NCBI GenBank assembly: GCA_964490485.1
Contig: CAZBCT010000003.1
Location: 35,280 to 67,279, forward strand
Source: an uncultured Candidatus Brocadia sp.
Lineage (GTDB): Bacteria; Planctomycetota; Brocadiia; Brocadiales; Brocadiaceae
Reading direction: 5' to 3'
DNA length: 32,000 bases
This document shows positions 24,364 through 32,000 of this stretch, one piece after another. Position numbers and translations under genes: made by a program. Below the pieces are notes generated by a model. It ran no database searches. It was given only the letters and a program-made list of their open reading frames with translations, and was not told where the DNA came from. Within the stretch, counting starts at the first letter, position 1. Every line of letters starts with the position of its first letter.

Positions 24364-25266
24364 ATGTCACTGAACATCCCGAATCTGGAAAGAAATAAAC
24401 CCTTAGCGCCGTTCACAACATACAAAATCGGTGGATTGTCCGATTTTTTTATCGAAGTCCGTACCATCGACGAACTGATGCATGCATTATGTGAGGCCCG
24501 GCGGAATGCCATGCCCTTTTTTTTGCTTGGTTGCGGGGCTAATATTTTGATTACGGATAAAGGGTTTAGAGGTTTGGTTATTCACAATGTGGCAAATAAA
24601 GTTACTTTCTTCGATAACGAGAAAGTGGTAGCCGAAAGTGGCGCAATTGTTGCGGATCTTGTAGGGCAATGCTGTAGCCGCGGATTATCTGGTTTCGAGC
24701 ACTTTGCCGGCATTCCAAGTACGGTAGGTGGCGCCATGTGGCAGAACTTACACTTCCTTTCTCCCGACAGACAGCGAATGGTTTTCGTAGGGGAAATCGT
24801 TCGTTCAGGCCGTATTTTTACGGAAGAGGGACATATTAGCACCGTCGGGGTTGATTACTTTCAGCTTGGCTATGACATGAGTATTTTGCAGAAGCGAAAA
24901 GATATTGTCCTCGATGTGACCTTTCAGTTGAGTGCAAAGCAGAAAGGCGAAATACGGGCTATTATGGATGCAAATATGGCATGGCGCAATGCCAAACAGC
25001 CTCAATTAGAGGAATATCCCAGTTGTGGTTCGGTATTTAAAAAAATTAAGAATATCGGGGCCGGAAGATTGATAGAACAGGCAGGACTTAAAGGTGCCCG
25101 CATTGGAGAAGCTGAGGTATCAAGAAAACACGCAAATTTCATCGTCAATAGAGGCAATGCAACTGCCCGTGATGTTTTACAATTGATTCAGCATGTGCAA
25201 AATGAGGTAAAACGGAAATTGGGATATGATTTGGAAACGGAGATTACGGTAGTTGGTGAGCTGTAG
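24364..25266 (+). CDS. murB: UDP-N-acetylenolpyruvoylglucosamine reductase
   Basis: 300 aa with PLAPFTTYKIGG, LGCGANILI, GIPSTVGGAMWQN, GSVFKK...AGRLIEQAGLKG and SRKHANFIVN blocks typical of type II MurB. Confidence 0.9.
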   Translation: MSLNIPNLERNKPLAPFTTYKIGGLSDFFIEVRTIDELMHALCEARRNAMPFFLLGCGANILITDKGFRGLVIHNVANKVTFFDNEKVVAESGAIVADLVGQCCSRGLSGFEHFAGIPSTVGGAMWQNLHFLSPDRQRMVFVGEIVRSGRIFTEEGHISTVGVDYFQLGYDMSILQKRKDIVLDVTFQLSAKQKGEIRAIMDANMAWRNAKQPQLEEYPSCGSVFKKIKNIGAGRLIEQAGLKGARIGEAEVSRKHANFIVNRGNATARDVLQLIQHVQNEVKRKLGYDLETEITVVGEL

Positions 25267-25830
25267 ACGGAGTATTGCCATGTTGCGAAGCTGGAAAAGT
25301 TACGAAGAAAGAGGATGAGAAGCTGGAATCTCTCCATCCTCCCATCCTCATATCTTCCCAAACAGACGATTCGTGCGATCTCGTCAGATGTCCAGATAAT
25401 CTGTTCTGGACAGTAACTATTCAGTGTATATTCGCTCATAATTGCTATGAGCGGACAAAATCAGGCAATTTCGCCGTGAAATAGCATCTTTAATGCCTGT
25501 CTCAAATTTACCCCTTGTTTTCGACAAGTTGAGAGGTAGCTGCGGATGCGACAGAAAATCCTGGTTCCGTCCAATGAACGCTAACAGCCCTGCATGTACC
25601 GTTAATCTCTTCCCGTTCATCTCCGTCTCGATTTTTGGTTGTTTTCTTTCCTTGATTTGTGCTATATTCTTCATTGAAAAGGCGAACCTCCTTTTAGGTG
25701 TTTTTATTCTCAAAATACCATCAAATCCCTCGGAGATTCGACCATTTCTGGCCTAATCCTACAACAAGGCAGGAGTTAGGTAGAATTCTTTCAACAATAC
25801 TTTTTTGATATAAGATATGAGATATTGTTT

Positions 25831-26286
25831 ATGGATAGAAGAAAAAAGAGGATAATCAAGGAGATTGGTGATAATGCACAACCCTGGTATACAGCGGGTC
25901 TGAGGTTCGAATGCCAGCGATGCGGCAGGTGTTGCCGCGGCGAACCTGGTGTGGTATGGGTTAACAGAAAGGAGATTAAAGAGATATCGTCGTTTCTAGG
26001 CATTACAGAGAACGCATTTGCCAAAAGCTATTTGAGGAGTGTTAACGACCGGTTCAGTCTCCTGGAATACGGGAACGGTGATTGTATTATGTATGATAAT
26101 GGTTGTAAGATTTACGATGTTAGACCCTGCCAGTGCAGGTCCTTTCCGTTCTGGACATCAAATTTAGAAAACAGGTCTGAGTGGGAAAAATTGAAGAAGA
26201 CGTGTCCTGGTGTAGATAAAGGAAAGTTGCGTACCCTCAAGGATATAGAAGACAATGTAAGGATATATGAAAGGCGTTTTGGCTAA
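25831..26286 (+). CDS. YkgJ-family (CxxCxxCC) cysteine-cluster protein
   Basis: It contains the ECQRCGRCCRGEPG motif and downstream Cys residues (CIMYDNGCKIYDVRPCQCRSFPFW). The likely start is ATG 25831; the ORF track begins at TTG 25825. Confidence 0.75.
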   Translation: MDRRKKRIIKEIGDNAQPWYTAGLRFECQRCGRCCRGEPGVVWVNRKEIKEISSFLGITENAFAKSYLRSVNDRFSLLEYGNGDCIMYDNGCKIYDVRPCQCRSFPFWTSNLENRSEWEKLKKTCPGVDKGKLRTLKDIEDNVRIYERRFG

Positions 26287-26289
26287 GGT

Positions 26290-26736
26290 ATGATAACGAA
26301 AGGACCTTTGACACAGAATCTTTATTCGGACTTGAGAACAATCTATCAACATTTGGAAAAAGAGTTAATGTTGCTAAATCCAGGTTGTAATAAGTGTGGG
26401 ACGTGTTGTAATTTTACCGCATTTGATCATGTCCTTTATGCAAGCAATATCGAGGTCGATTTTATTGTGCAAAACGTGAAAGTGCCGGACTTCAACGTTT
26501 CGGACAATGTGTGTCCTTTTCTTAAGGATAATCAGTGCAGTATCAGGGATTTCCGAACGCTTGGATGCCGGGTTTTTTATTGCGACCCTCAGTACAAAGA
26601 AGTTTTGCCTACCCTCTACGAGAAGTGCTATCGATTGATCAAAGATTTGAGCAAAAAATATAACACTCAATGGGAATACCTTCCTTTTCTTGGTCGATTG
26701 GCTGAATCCAAAAAGAAAACAAATATCGGCTGTTGA
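26290..26736 (+). CDS. Second YkgJ-family cysteine-cluster protein
   Basis: It contains the CNKCGTCC motif and CPFLKDNQCSIRDFRTLGCRVFYC. It starts 3 nt after the previous stop. Confidence 0.75.
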   Translation: MITKGPLTQNLYSDLRTIYQHLEKELMLLNPGCNKCGTCCNFTAFDHVLYASNIEVDFIVQNVKVPDFNVSDNVCPFLKDNQCSIRDFRTLGCRVFYCDPQYKEVLPTLYEKCYRLIKDLSKKYNTQWEYLPFLGRLAESKKKTNIGC

Positions 26737-27141
26737 GAATACGACCCTGCCCCAGTTTGTATGTTGAATCCCCGGAGAAAAAGTTTGACTTAAGTTGGAA
26801 AAATATTATACTTAAACTGATTGAGACTCAATTTCAATAATTCTTGTTCCATAAAGTGGAGATTACTGTTTGTATCGCGCAAAGAAGTTTTTCTGTTAGT
26901 TTTTGTACATGAAAAGCTACTATAGTAAACGTATGAAATAAGCTGGCATGTGCTGGTTATTGTGAGCATATTCGCTTTGCTCAGTGTAAACTCCGCGAAG
27001 TAATCCCAATAGAGAGATTGCTTCGGGCAAGCGACCTCCCAGTGGTAACTTCTTTATGCGCTAACTATAAAAGCAAAGTGTGAAACGTTCGGCTGTGTGT
27101 TCACGGCAAAGTCCAAACACCCTTAAAAACGAGTATTTATT

Positions 27142-29418
27142 GTGAAAACGGCTAAACAAATGCACGGAGAAGATATTGATACTTATAAGGTTGCCCTGGT
27201 GGGAAATCCAAATGTCGGGAAAAGCGTGATATTTGGTTTACTAACCGGGAAATACGTGACCGTGTCGAACTATCCGGGGACAACCGTAGAGGTCTCCCGT
27301 GGGGTATGCAATGGCTTGAATGGAGGTGTTGAAGTCGTAGATACACCGGGGGCAAATAGTCTTATTCCTCTTTCTGAAGATGAGAGTGTCACAAGGGATA
27401 TGCTTTTGGAGGAGTGCAAGAAGCACGTTGTCCAGGTGATGGATGCAAAGAATCTTCGTCGTGGCTTGTTGATTACCACGCAACTTGCAGAGATGGGGCT
27501 GCCTGTGGTGATAACGTTGAATATGTGGGATGAGCTTTTAGACAGGGGAATGAATATTGATGTAAATGTATTACAGGAAAAGTTGAGTCTTCCTATCATA
27601 AAAACTATTGCTACCCACAGGGTGGGAGTAAGCGCACTATTTAGTTCCATACCGAATGCAAAAGTCCCCAATCTTTACGTTGATTACGGGAACTTCATTG
27701 AAGAGGGCATTTCTAAGATAGAGAAAATATTGCAGGGCAACACGACCGTGAATGAAAGGGCGCTGGCTATAATGCTTTTGTCGGGCGATAGCGCTCTTGA
27801 AGAGAAATTGCGAAAGCAACTTTCTGATCATGCGCTTGATGAAGTGCAAAGCATTCGGAATAATATCCAGGCGCATTTTGGCAGTCCGTTGAGTTATGTA
27901 ATCAATATCAAGCGGGCAAATTATGTGGATGCGTTGGTTGAGGCAGTAACATCCAATCTCAAAAAAGAAAAGGAAACTCATCCGGTTTTGAGGAAAATGT
28001 TTTTTTATTTTCTTATGCCGGCAGTTTTTTTTTTCATGGGTTATAAGCTCATGGCTTTATTAATGTATCTCATTTCATCCGGTAGTGTTTTTGCTTCTCT
28101 TTTACCGTTTGTTGTTGGCGGTATCTCATCGATATGGTTTTCGCTGCACCTCTATGTGAAAGAATACAAGGCGAAGAGTACCATTGCAGGGATATTGGGG
28201 CGTATTACCATGCATCCGGTGGCAGCATTTCCGCTCCTGGTTATTATTTTATGGATTGTTTATAAGCTGGTGGGAGAGTTTGGCGCGGGAACATGTGTAG
28301 ATTTCTTTGAAGAAAAGGTCTTTGGCCGATCATTGATACCTTCAGGTGGCTTTGATTTATGCTTATATATACCCTTTATTCAGAAGTCATATGTTATTAC
28401 CCATGTGAATTTTCAAGGGTTCAATTATTATTTCGGACTGCTTGCACAAAAATTGGTGGATAAAGATAATATTATCTTTGAGTTATTTTTGAATGAACAA
28501 TCCGGGCTAATACGAGTGGGGCTCACCTATGCAATTGCCATTGTTTTCCCCATCGTTGGGTTTTTCTTTCTGGCATTTGGCATTATGGAAGATAGTGGAT
28601 ATCTTCCACGTCTTGCTGTTATGGTGGATAAGATATTTAAACGCATAGGGCTAAACGGGAAAGCCGTTCTTCCGATGGTGCTGGGTCTGGGTTGTGACAC
28701 CATGGCAACCCTGACAACCCGCATCCTGAATACAAAAAAGGAGAGGATTATTGCTACGTTGTTATTGGCATTGGCCATCCCGTGTTCTGCCCAGTTAGGG
28801 GTTATTTCGAGTGTACTAGGCAGGGTTTCGGGGATATATTTTGCCATTTACGTTTTTGTTATTTGTACCCAGCTTCTCCTTGTTGGTTATTTATCGTCTA
28901 AGGTCTTGCCTGGGGCTCCTTCGGATTTTTTGATGGAGATACCTCCGTTTCGGATGCCTAAACTATCGAATATTTTTGTCAAGACATTTTACCGGGTACA
29001 TTGGTTCTTAAAGGAAGCGGTGCCCTTATTTATGCTGGGTACCCTTGCATTATTCGTGGCAACGAAGGTAGGGCTACTCTCTATTGTGGAGAGAATGGGT
29101 GCGCCAATTACCCGGAATTTTTTAGGACTCCCCGAAGAAACAACGCATGGGTTTATCCTGGGATTCTTAAGAAGGGATTACGGCGCTGTGAGCATCTTTA
29201 AGACATTGGAAGAAAAAGGAGGAAGCGCAGGAATTGACCCCAAACAATTGTTAGTCTCGCTTGTCGTGATTACGTTGTTTATACCGTGCCTTGCCAATTT
29301 TTTAGTGATGATCAAAGAGCAAGGGGCTAAAAACGCATTCCTCATGTTTGCCTTTATATTTCCATATTCGGTGCTTGTTGGCGGTATTTTGCGGATCATT
29401 TTACAGCAGTTTTCATGA
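27142..29418 (+). CDS. feoB: Ferrous iron transporter FeoB
   Basis: The N-terminal G-domain (VALVGNPNVGKS, NYPGTTVE, VDTPG) is followed by a polytopic membrane domain. The start is GTG 27142 or ATG 27160. Confidence 0.9.
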   Translation: MKTAKQMHGEDIDTYKVALVGNPNVGKSVIFGLLTGKYVTVSNYPGTTVEVSRGVCNGLNGGVEVVDTPGANSLIPLSEDESVTRDMLLEECKKHVVQVMDAKNLRRGLLITTQLAEMGLPVVITLNMWDELLDRGMNIDVNVLQEKLSLPIIKTIATHRVGVSALFSSIPNAKVPNLYVDYGNFIEEGISKIEKILQGNTTVNERALAIMLLSGDSALEEKLRKQLSDHALDEVQSIRNNIQAHFGSPLSYVINIKRANYVDALVEAVTSNLKKEKETHPVLRKMFFYFLMPAVFFFMGYKLMALLMYLISSGSVFASLLPFVVGGISSIWFSLHLYVKEYKAKSTIAGILGRITMHPVAAFPLLVIILWIVYKLVGEFGAGTCVDFFEEKVFGRSLIPSGGFDLCLYIPFIQKSYVITHVNFQGFNYYFGLLAQKLVDKDNIIFELFLNEQSGLIRVGLTYAIAIVFPIVGFFFLAFGIMEDSGYLPRLAVMVDKIFKRIGLNGKAVLPMVLGLGCDTMATLTTRILNTKKERIIATLLLALAIPCSAQLGVISSVLGRVSGIYFAIYVFVICTQLLLVGYLSSKVLPGAPSDFLMEIPPFRMPKLSNIFVKTFYRVHWFLKEAVPLFMLGTLALFVATKVGLLSIVERMGAPITRNFLGLPEETTHGFILGFLRRDYGAVSIFKTLEEKGGSAGIDPKQLLVSLVVITLFIPCLANFLVMIKEQGAKNAFLMFAFIFPYSVLVGGILRIILQQFS

Positions 29419-29826
29419 ATGCAAATACGAGGGAAGATCATATCCATTTCATGCAATGTTGCAGAGGTGTGCATCATCAGAGAAAACACCGCATGTGAAA
29501 GTTGTTCCGCCTGTCCAAAAAAGATGGGCATACGGGACATTATAACAGTGGCGGCGATCAATGGAATTCGGGTTGGACAGGAGGTTGTCTTACGTGAAAC
29601 CAGGAATTGGTTTACAAAAAATAAAATTGTGATTGCGCTGCTTGCCTTTGTGTTTGGAATCATATTGACCGAGTCAATATCGACAATAGTATCATTCGGT
29701 ACGTATCGTACAGAGATTGACTTGCTTGGCGGTGGTTTGATAACAATCATTATGGTGATGGTATTAAGGATCAAGCGTCCACGATATCTTTTTAAGATAG
29801 AGTTGACAGAAGTGGGAAAGGATTAA
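29419..29826 (+). CDS. RseC/MucC-family (SoxR-reducing-system-like) small membrane protein
   Basis: 135 aa. An N-terminal beta segment with CESCSAC is followed by two hydrophobic helices. The ATG directly abuts the feoB stop. Confidence 0.6.
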   Translation: MQIRGKIISISCNVAEVCIIRENTACESCSACPKKMGIRDIITVAAINGIRVGQEVVLRETRNWFTKNKIVIALLAFVFGIILTESISTIVSFGTYRTEIDLLGGGLITIIMVMVLRIKRPRYLFKIELTEVGKD

Positions 29827-29828
29827 GT

Positions 29829-30479
29829 ATGACTGAGCCTAGTCAAGAGGAAATTCTGGAATTAATATGGACAATAGATGAAGAGAAGGGGGTGGTCGAA
29901 AGAGAGTCATTAATAAAAAAGATACGCCTCCCCTCAGCTGAACAGGTATTAAACACCCTCATTCACGAGGAGTATGTGACAATATCAGATAGCAAAGTAG
30001 CGTTAACCAAAAAAGGCTTGGCAGGCGCGCGATTAGTCATTAGAAGGCACCGACTGGCTGAAAGGTTGTTGAATGATGTACTCGATGTAAAAGAAGATGC
30101 CATGGATTCCAGCGCATGTAAATTTGAGCATATCCTGGATGAGGAAGTCACGGCCAGTATATGTACTTTGTTAGGGCATCCGGTAACCTGTCCTCATGGA
30201 AAGGCTATCCCGCCGGGAGAGTGTTGTGAGAAGGCAAATAAGGAGATAAGGCCTGTGGTGATGCCGTTATCAGATTTAAAATCCGGGGATGGGGCGAAGA
30301 TAGCATATATTGTAACAAAATATCATGGCAGGCTCGATAGGCTCTCATCTATGGGTTTATTGCCCGGCGTTCAAATCCACCTGCATCAGCGTCAACCGAC
30401 CTATGTCATCCAGATGGGTGAGACACAAATCGCCCTAGATACTGCTATTGCGCGGGATATTTATGTGCGTCTCTTGTAG
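29829..30479 (+). CDS. DtxR/MntR-family metal-dependent regulator with C-terminal FeoA (SH3-like) domain
   Basis: A winged-helix N-terminus is followed by RRHRLAERLLNDVLD and a metal-site region (CKFEHILDEEV, CPHG). The FeoA-like tail is DLKSGDGAKIAYIV...LGLLPGVQIHL. Confidence 0.85.
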   Translation: MTEPSQEEILELIWTIDEEKGVVERESLIKKIRLPSAEQVLNTLIHEEYVTISDSKVALTKKGLAGARLVIRRHRLAERLLNDVLDVKEDAMDSSACKFEHILDEEVTASICTLLGHPVTCPHGKAIPPGECCEKANKEIRPVVMPLSDLKSGDGAKIAYIVTKYHGRLDRLSSMGLLPGVQIHLHQRQPTYVIQMGETQIALDTAIARDIYVRLL

Positions 30480-30872
30480 TCTCGCTAAACGATGACATTA
30501 TTTAGTCTATGGATAATTTCAAGAAAATGAGCACTTTCTTGTTTTTGTTTATTCTTCCTGCTGCTTCCTCTTAAATATAGTATTTCATAAGTTTCTCTTA
30601 AAATAGCTTGTGAAATATCCCCATTTGTTGGTCCTCAACGATTTTCAAAACATCTGAATTGTTTAAAATTTTTACAAAAGTATAAAAAACACACAATAAA
30701 TGTTTTCTTCCTTAATATTTTTAAATGCTAAAAAAGGTAAATAATTCGTAAACAGGTATAAATATTTAAGGTATTTTAATCGTATTTTTTCATATATCAA
30801 CGAGATGTGTATACATATTATGTGAATATTGACAGGGATTTGACTTTTGTAAAAGTCAGCGAGAGTTAACGA

Positions 30873-30886
30873 GGCATATTATTTGC
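30873..30886 (+). promoter_or_regulatory. Possible sigma54 (-24/-12) promoter upstream of motA
   Basis: aGGCAtattatTTGCg has GG and GC at the canonical spacing (GGCA-N6-TTGC). It lies about 200 nt upstream of motA. About one such match is expected by chance in a window of this size. Confidence 0.3.
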
Positions 30887-31022
30887 GTTTTATAGGTTAC
30901 AAATTGGATATTAAAAAATGGTTCTGCGCAATAATTACGTTCTAACGAAACGTTTTTAGTACCTATTTGTAATAAAGAAATGTTGTATAAGAAAAATTTG
31001 TTTGGTTTTGAGATCCAAAACT

Positions 31023-31051
31023 AACCCTGATTTTTCAGGAAAATCAGGGTT
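31023..31051. other. Perfect 12-bp hairpin in the motA leader
   Basis: AACCCTGATTTT-tcagg-AAAATCAGGGTT lies 35 nt upstream of the motA ATG. It is preceded by a smaller hairpin GTTTTG-agatc-CAAAAC. No T-run follows it. Confidence 0.5.
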
Positions 31052-31085
31052 GTAGACAACCTTAATTTACGGAGAGTTTGAAATT

Positions 31086-31886
31086 ATGGATCCAGGTGCA
31101 CTGATTGGAATGATTATTGGTGGCGCATTAATCTTGGTAGCTATTATATTTGAAGGTGGCGCTTCAGCAATACCGGGATATATTAACATGCCGGCAATGA
31201 TGATTACTATTGGGGGAACGCTGGCAGCAACTCTCATAAGGTATCCGATCCCCATGGTAGTTGGTGCAATTGCTGTGGTTAAAAAGGCTATCTTTGTGAA
31301 GATTGGGGTGGCTGAGGAAATGATCAGGCAGTTGGTTGAGTATTGTAAGGTTAGTCGTCGCGAAGGTCTTTTAGGGCTGGAGAAAGAAATCGAAAAGATT
31401 CATGACGAGTTTCTGATCAAAGCGATACGATTATTGGTTGACGGCTCTGATTCAGATACTCTGAGGAGTATTCTGGGGACAGAAATTGATAATGTTCGAC
31501 AAAGGCATGGAGCGGGCAAGGGTATCGTTGAATTTGCTGGTACCATATTTCCCGCTTTTGGTATGATTGGAACTGTGTTGGGACTTATTGCAATGATGAG
31601 AAAACTTGATGACCCGTCGCATATCGGGGAAGCTATGGCTGTGGCCTTTATCGCCACGTTTTATGGTGTTACCTTTTCAAATCTCGTCTTATTGCCGCTT
31701 GGCGGGAGGTTGGACACCCTAAGCAAAAAGGAGCTTTTCTTGAAAGAGATAATTATGGAAGGGGTAATCTCCATTCAAAAGGGCGATTCTCCTATGATAA
31801 CAGAGGATAAACTGAAGTCCTTTCTGCAGCCAAAAGCAGCGAGCAAATTATCCTTAGGTTCTAAAGAAAAGGAAAAATCCTCATGA
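31086..31886 (+). CDS. motA: Flagellar stator protein MotA/PomA (MotA/TolQ/ExbB proton-channel family)
   Basis: 266 aa with four TM segments and the conserved C-terminal channel region (FPAFGMIGTVLGLI...ATFYGV). Confidence 0.85.
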   Translation: MDPGALIGMIIGGALILVAIIFEGGASAIPGYINMPAMMITIGGTLAATLIRYPIPMVVGAIAVVKKAIFVKIGVAEEMIRQLVEYCKVSRREGLLGLEKEIEKIHDEFLIKAIRLLVDGSDSDTLRSILGTEIDNVRQRHGAGKGIVEFAGTIFPAFGMIGTVLGLIAMMRKLDDPSHIGEAMAVAFIATFYGVTFSNLVLLPLGGRLDTLSKKELFLKEIIMEGVISIQKGDSPMITEDKLKSFLQPKAASKLSLGSKEKEKSS

Positions 31887-32000
31887 GTGATGAGGGCGGT
31901 TCTTCAGGAGGGCACGGTGGCCCGGTATGGTTGCTTACCTACTGTGATTTAATTACGTTACTCGTAGCCTTTTTTGTCATGATGATCAGCTTTTCTACAA
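31883..32000 (+). CDS. motB: Flagellar stator protein MotB, N-terminal fragment (runs off the right edge)
   Basis: The ATG overlaps the motA stop (ATGA). MSDEGGSSGGHGGPVWLLTYCDLITLLVAFFVMMISFST has the MotB W..TY.DL.TLL..FF plug/TM signature. Confidence 0.75.
   Translation, partial: MSDEGGSSGGHGGPVWLLTYCDLITLLVAFFVMMISFST

Noticed and set aside
25417-25713. 98-aa minus-strand ORF in the murB-ykgJ spacer; KRLTVHAGLLAFIG faintly resembles the N-terminus of IS4/IS1380-type transposases
   Set aside because: The resemblance is a few residues only. There is no RBS, no terminal repeats and no downstream DDE sequence, so this is not supportable as a gene or IS remnant.
26996-27025. Imperfect hairpin CGAAGTAATC / GATTGCTTCG in the feoB leader, considered as a riboswitch or metal-sensing RNA
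   Set aside because: It has a single 9/10 stem with no further conserved structure that I can recognise. It resembles the short CGAAG-type palindromic repeats seen elsewhere in the window (3397-3450, 9621-9692). It is probably another repeat fragment.
31086-32000. MotA/MotB pair considered as a Zorya-type (ZorAB) defence module
   Set aside because: MotA is 266 aa with the standard four-TM stator layout and no long C-terminal tail. MotB starts with the canonical plug/TM motif. No ZorC/D-like genes are visible, so this is an ordinary flagellar stator.

Overview
This is a gene-dense bacterial window of moderate GC by eye. No rRNA, tRNA or CRISPR array was seen. All calls come from manual reading of the sequence and the ORF track. 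No searches were run, and hand-counted coordinates of short motifs may be off by 1-2 nt.

Core genes:
- an OYE/FadH-like flavin reductase (152-2077, -)
- an MqnE-like futalosine-pathway radical SAM enzyme (2164-3279, -)
- a DUF362 Fe-S protein (7415-8509, +)
- a HAD phosphatase (8579-9256, -)
- a minus-strand operon acpS / B12-binding radical SAM / active KAS / catalytically dead KAS paralogue (9934-14596)
- a 1066-aa secreted TPR protein (21002-24202, -)
- murB (24364-25266, +)
- two YkgJ-type Cys-cluster proteins
- feoB, an RseC-like gene and a DtxR-FeoA fusion regulator (27142-30479, +)
- motA and the start of motB (31086-32000, +)

Accessory content is the main result. Two convergently oriented runs of genes look like integron-type cassette arrays with no integrase in the window. 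Each gene or gene pair is bounded by a 5' GTTnnnn core. The reverse complement of that core (nnnnAAC) starts an imperfect palindrome right after the cassette's stop codon.
- Array 1 (3629-7163, +) carries three cassettes of uncharacterised proteins, including a translationally coupled HEAT-like protein and coiled-coil J-domain protein.
- Array 2 (16443-20329, -) carries an orphan 141-aa ORF, three toxin-antitoxin pairs, and a self-promoted cassette. That cassette encodes a signal-peptide-less protein-glutaminase homologue plus a stand-alone paralogue of its own N-terminal domain.

Other mobile DNA:
- a 150-bp MITE with 23-bp terminal inverted repeats and an 8-bp target duplication, plus one full and one degenerate relative
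- two decayed IS630-type transposase remnants lying tail to tail
- a ~105-bp inverted repeat pair bracketing the array-2 island

The KS / dead-KS / cobalamin radical SAM / AcpS operon is a candidate unusual-lipid pathway. It resembles what has been proposed for ladderane synthesis in anammox bacteria. The source taxon cannot be established from this window.
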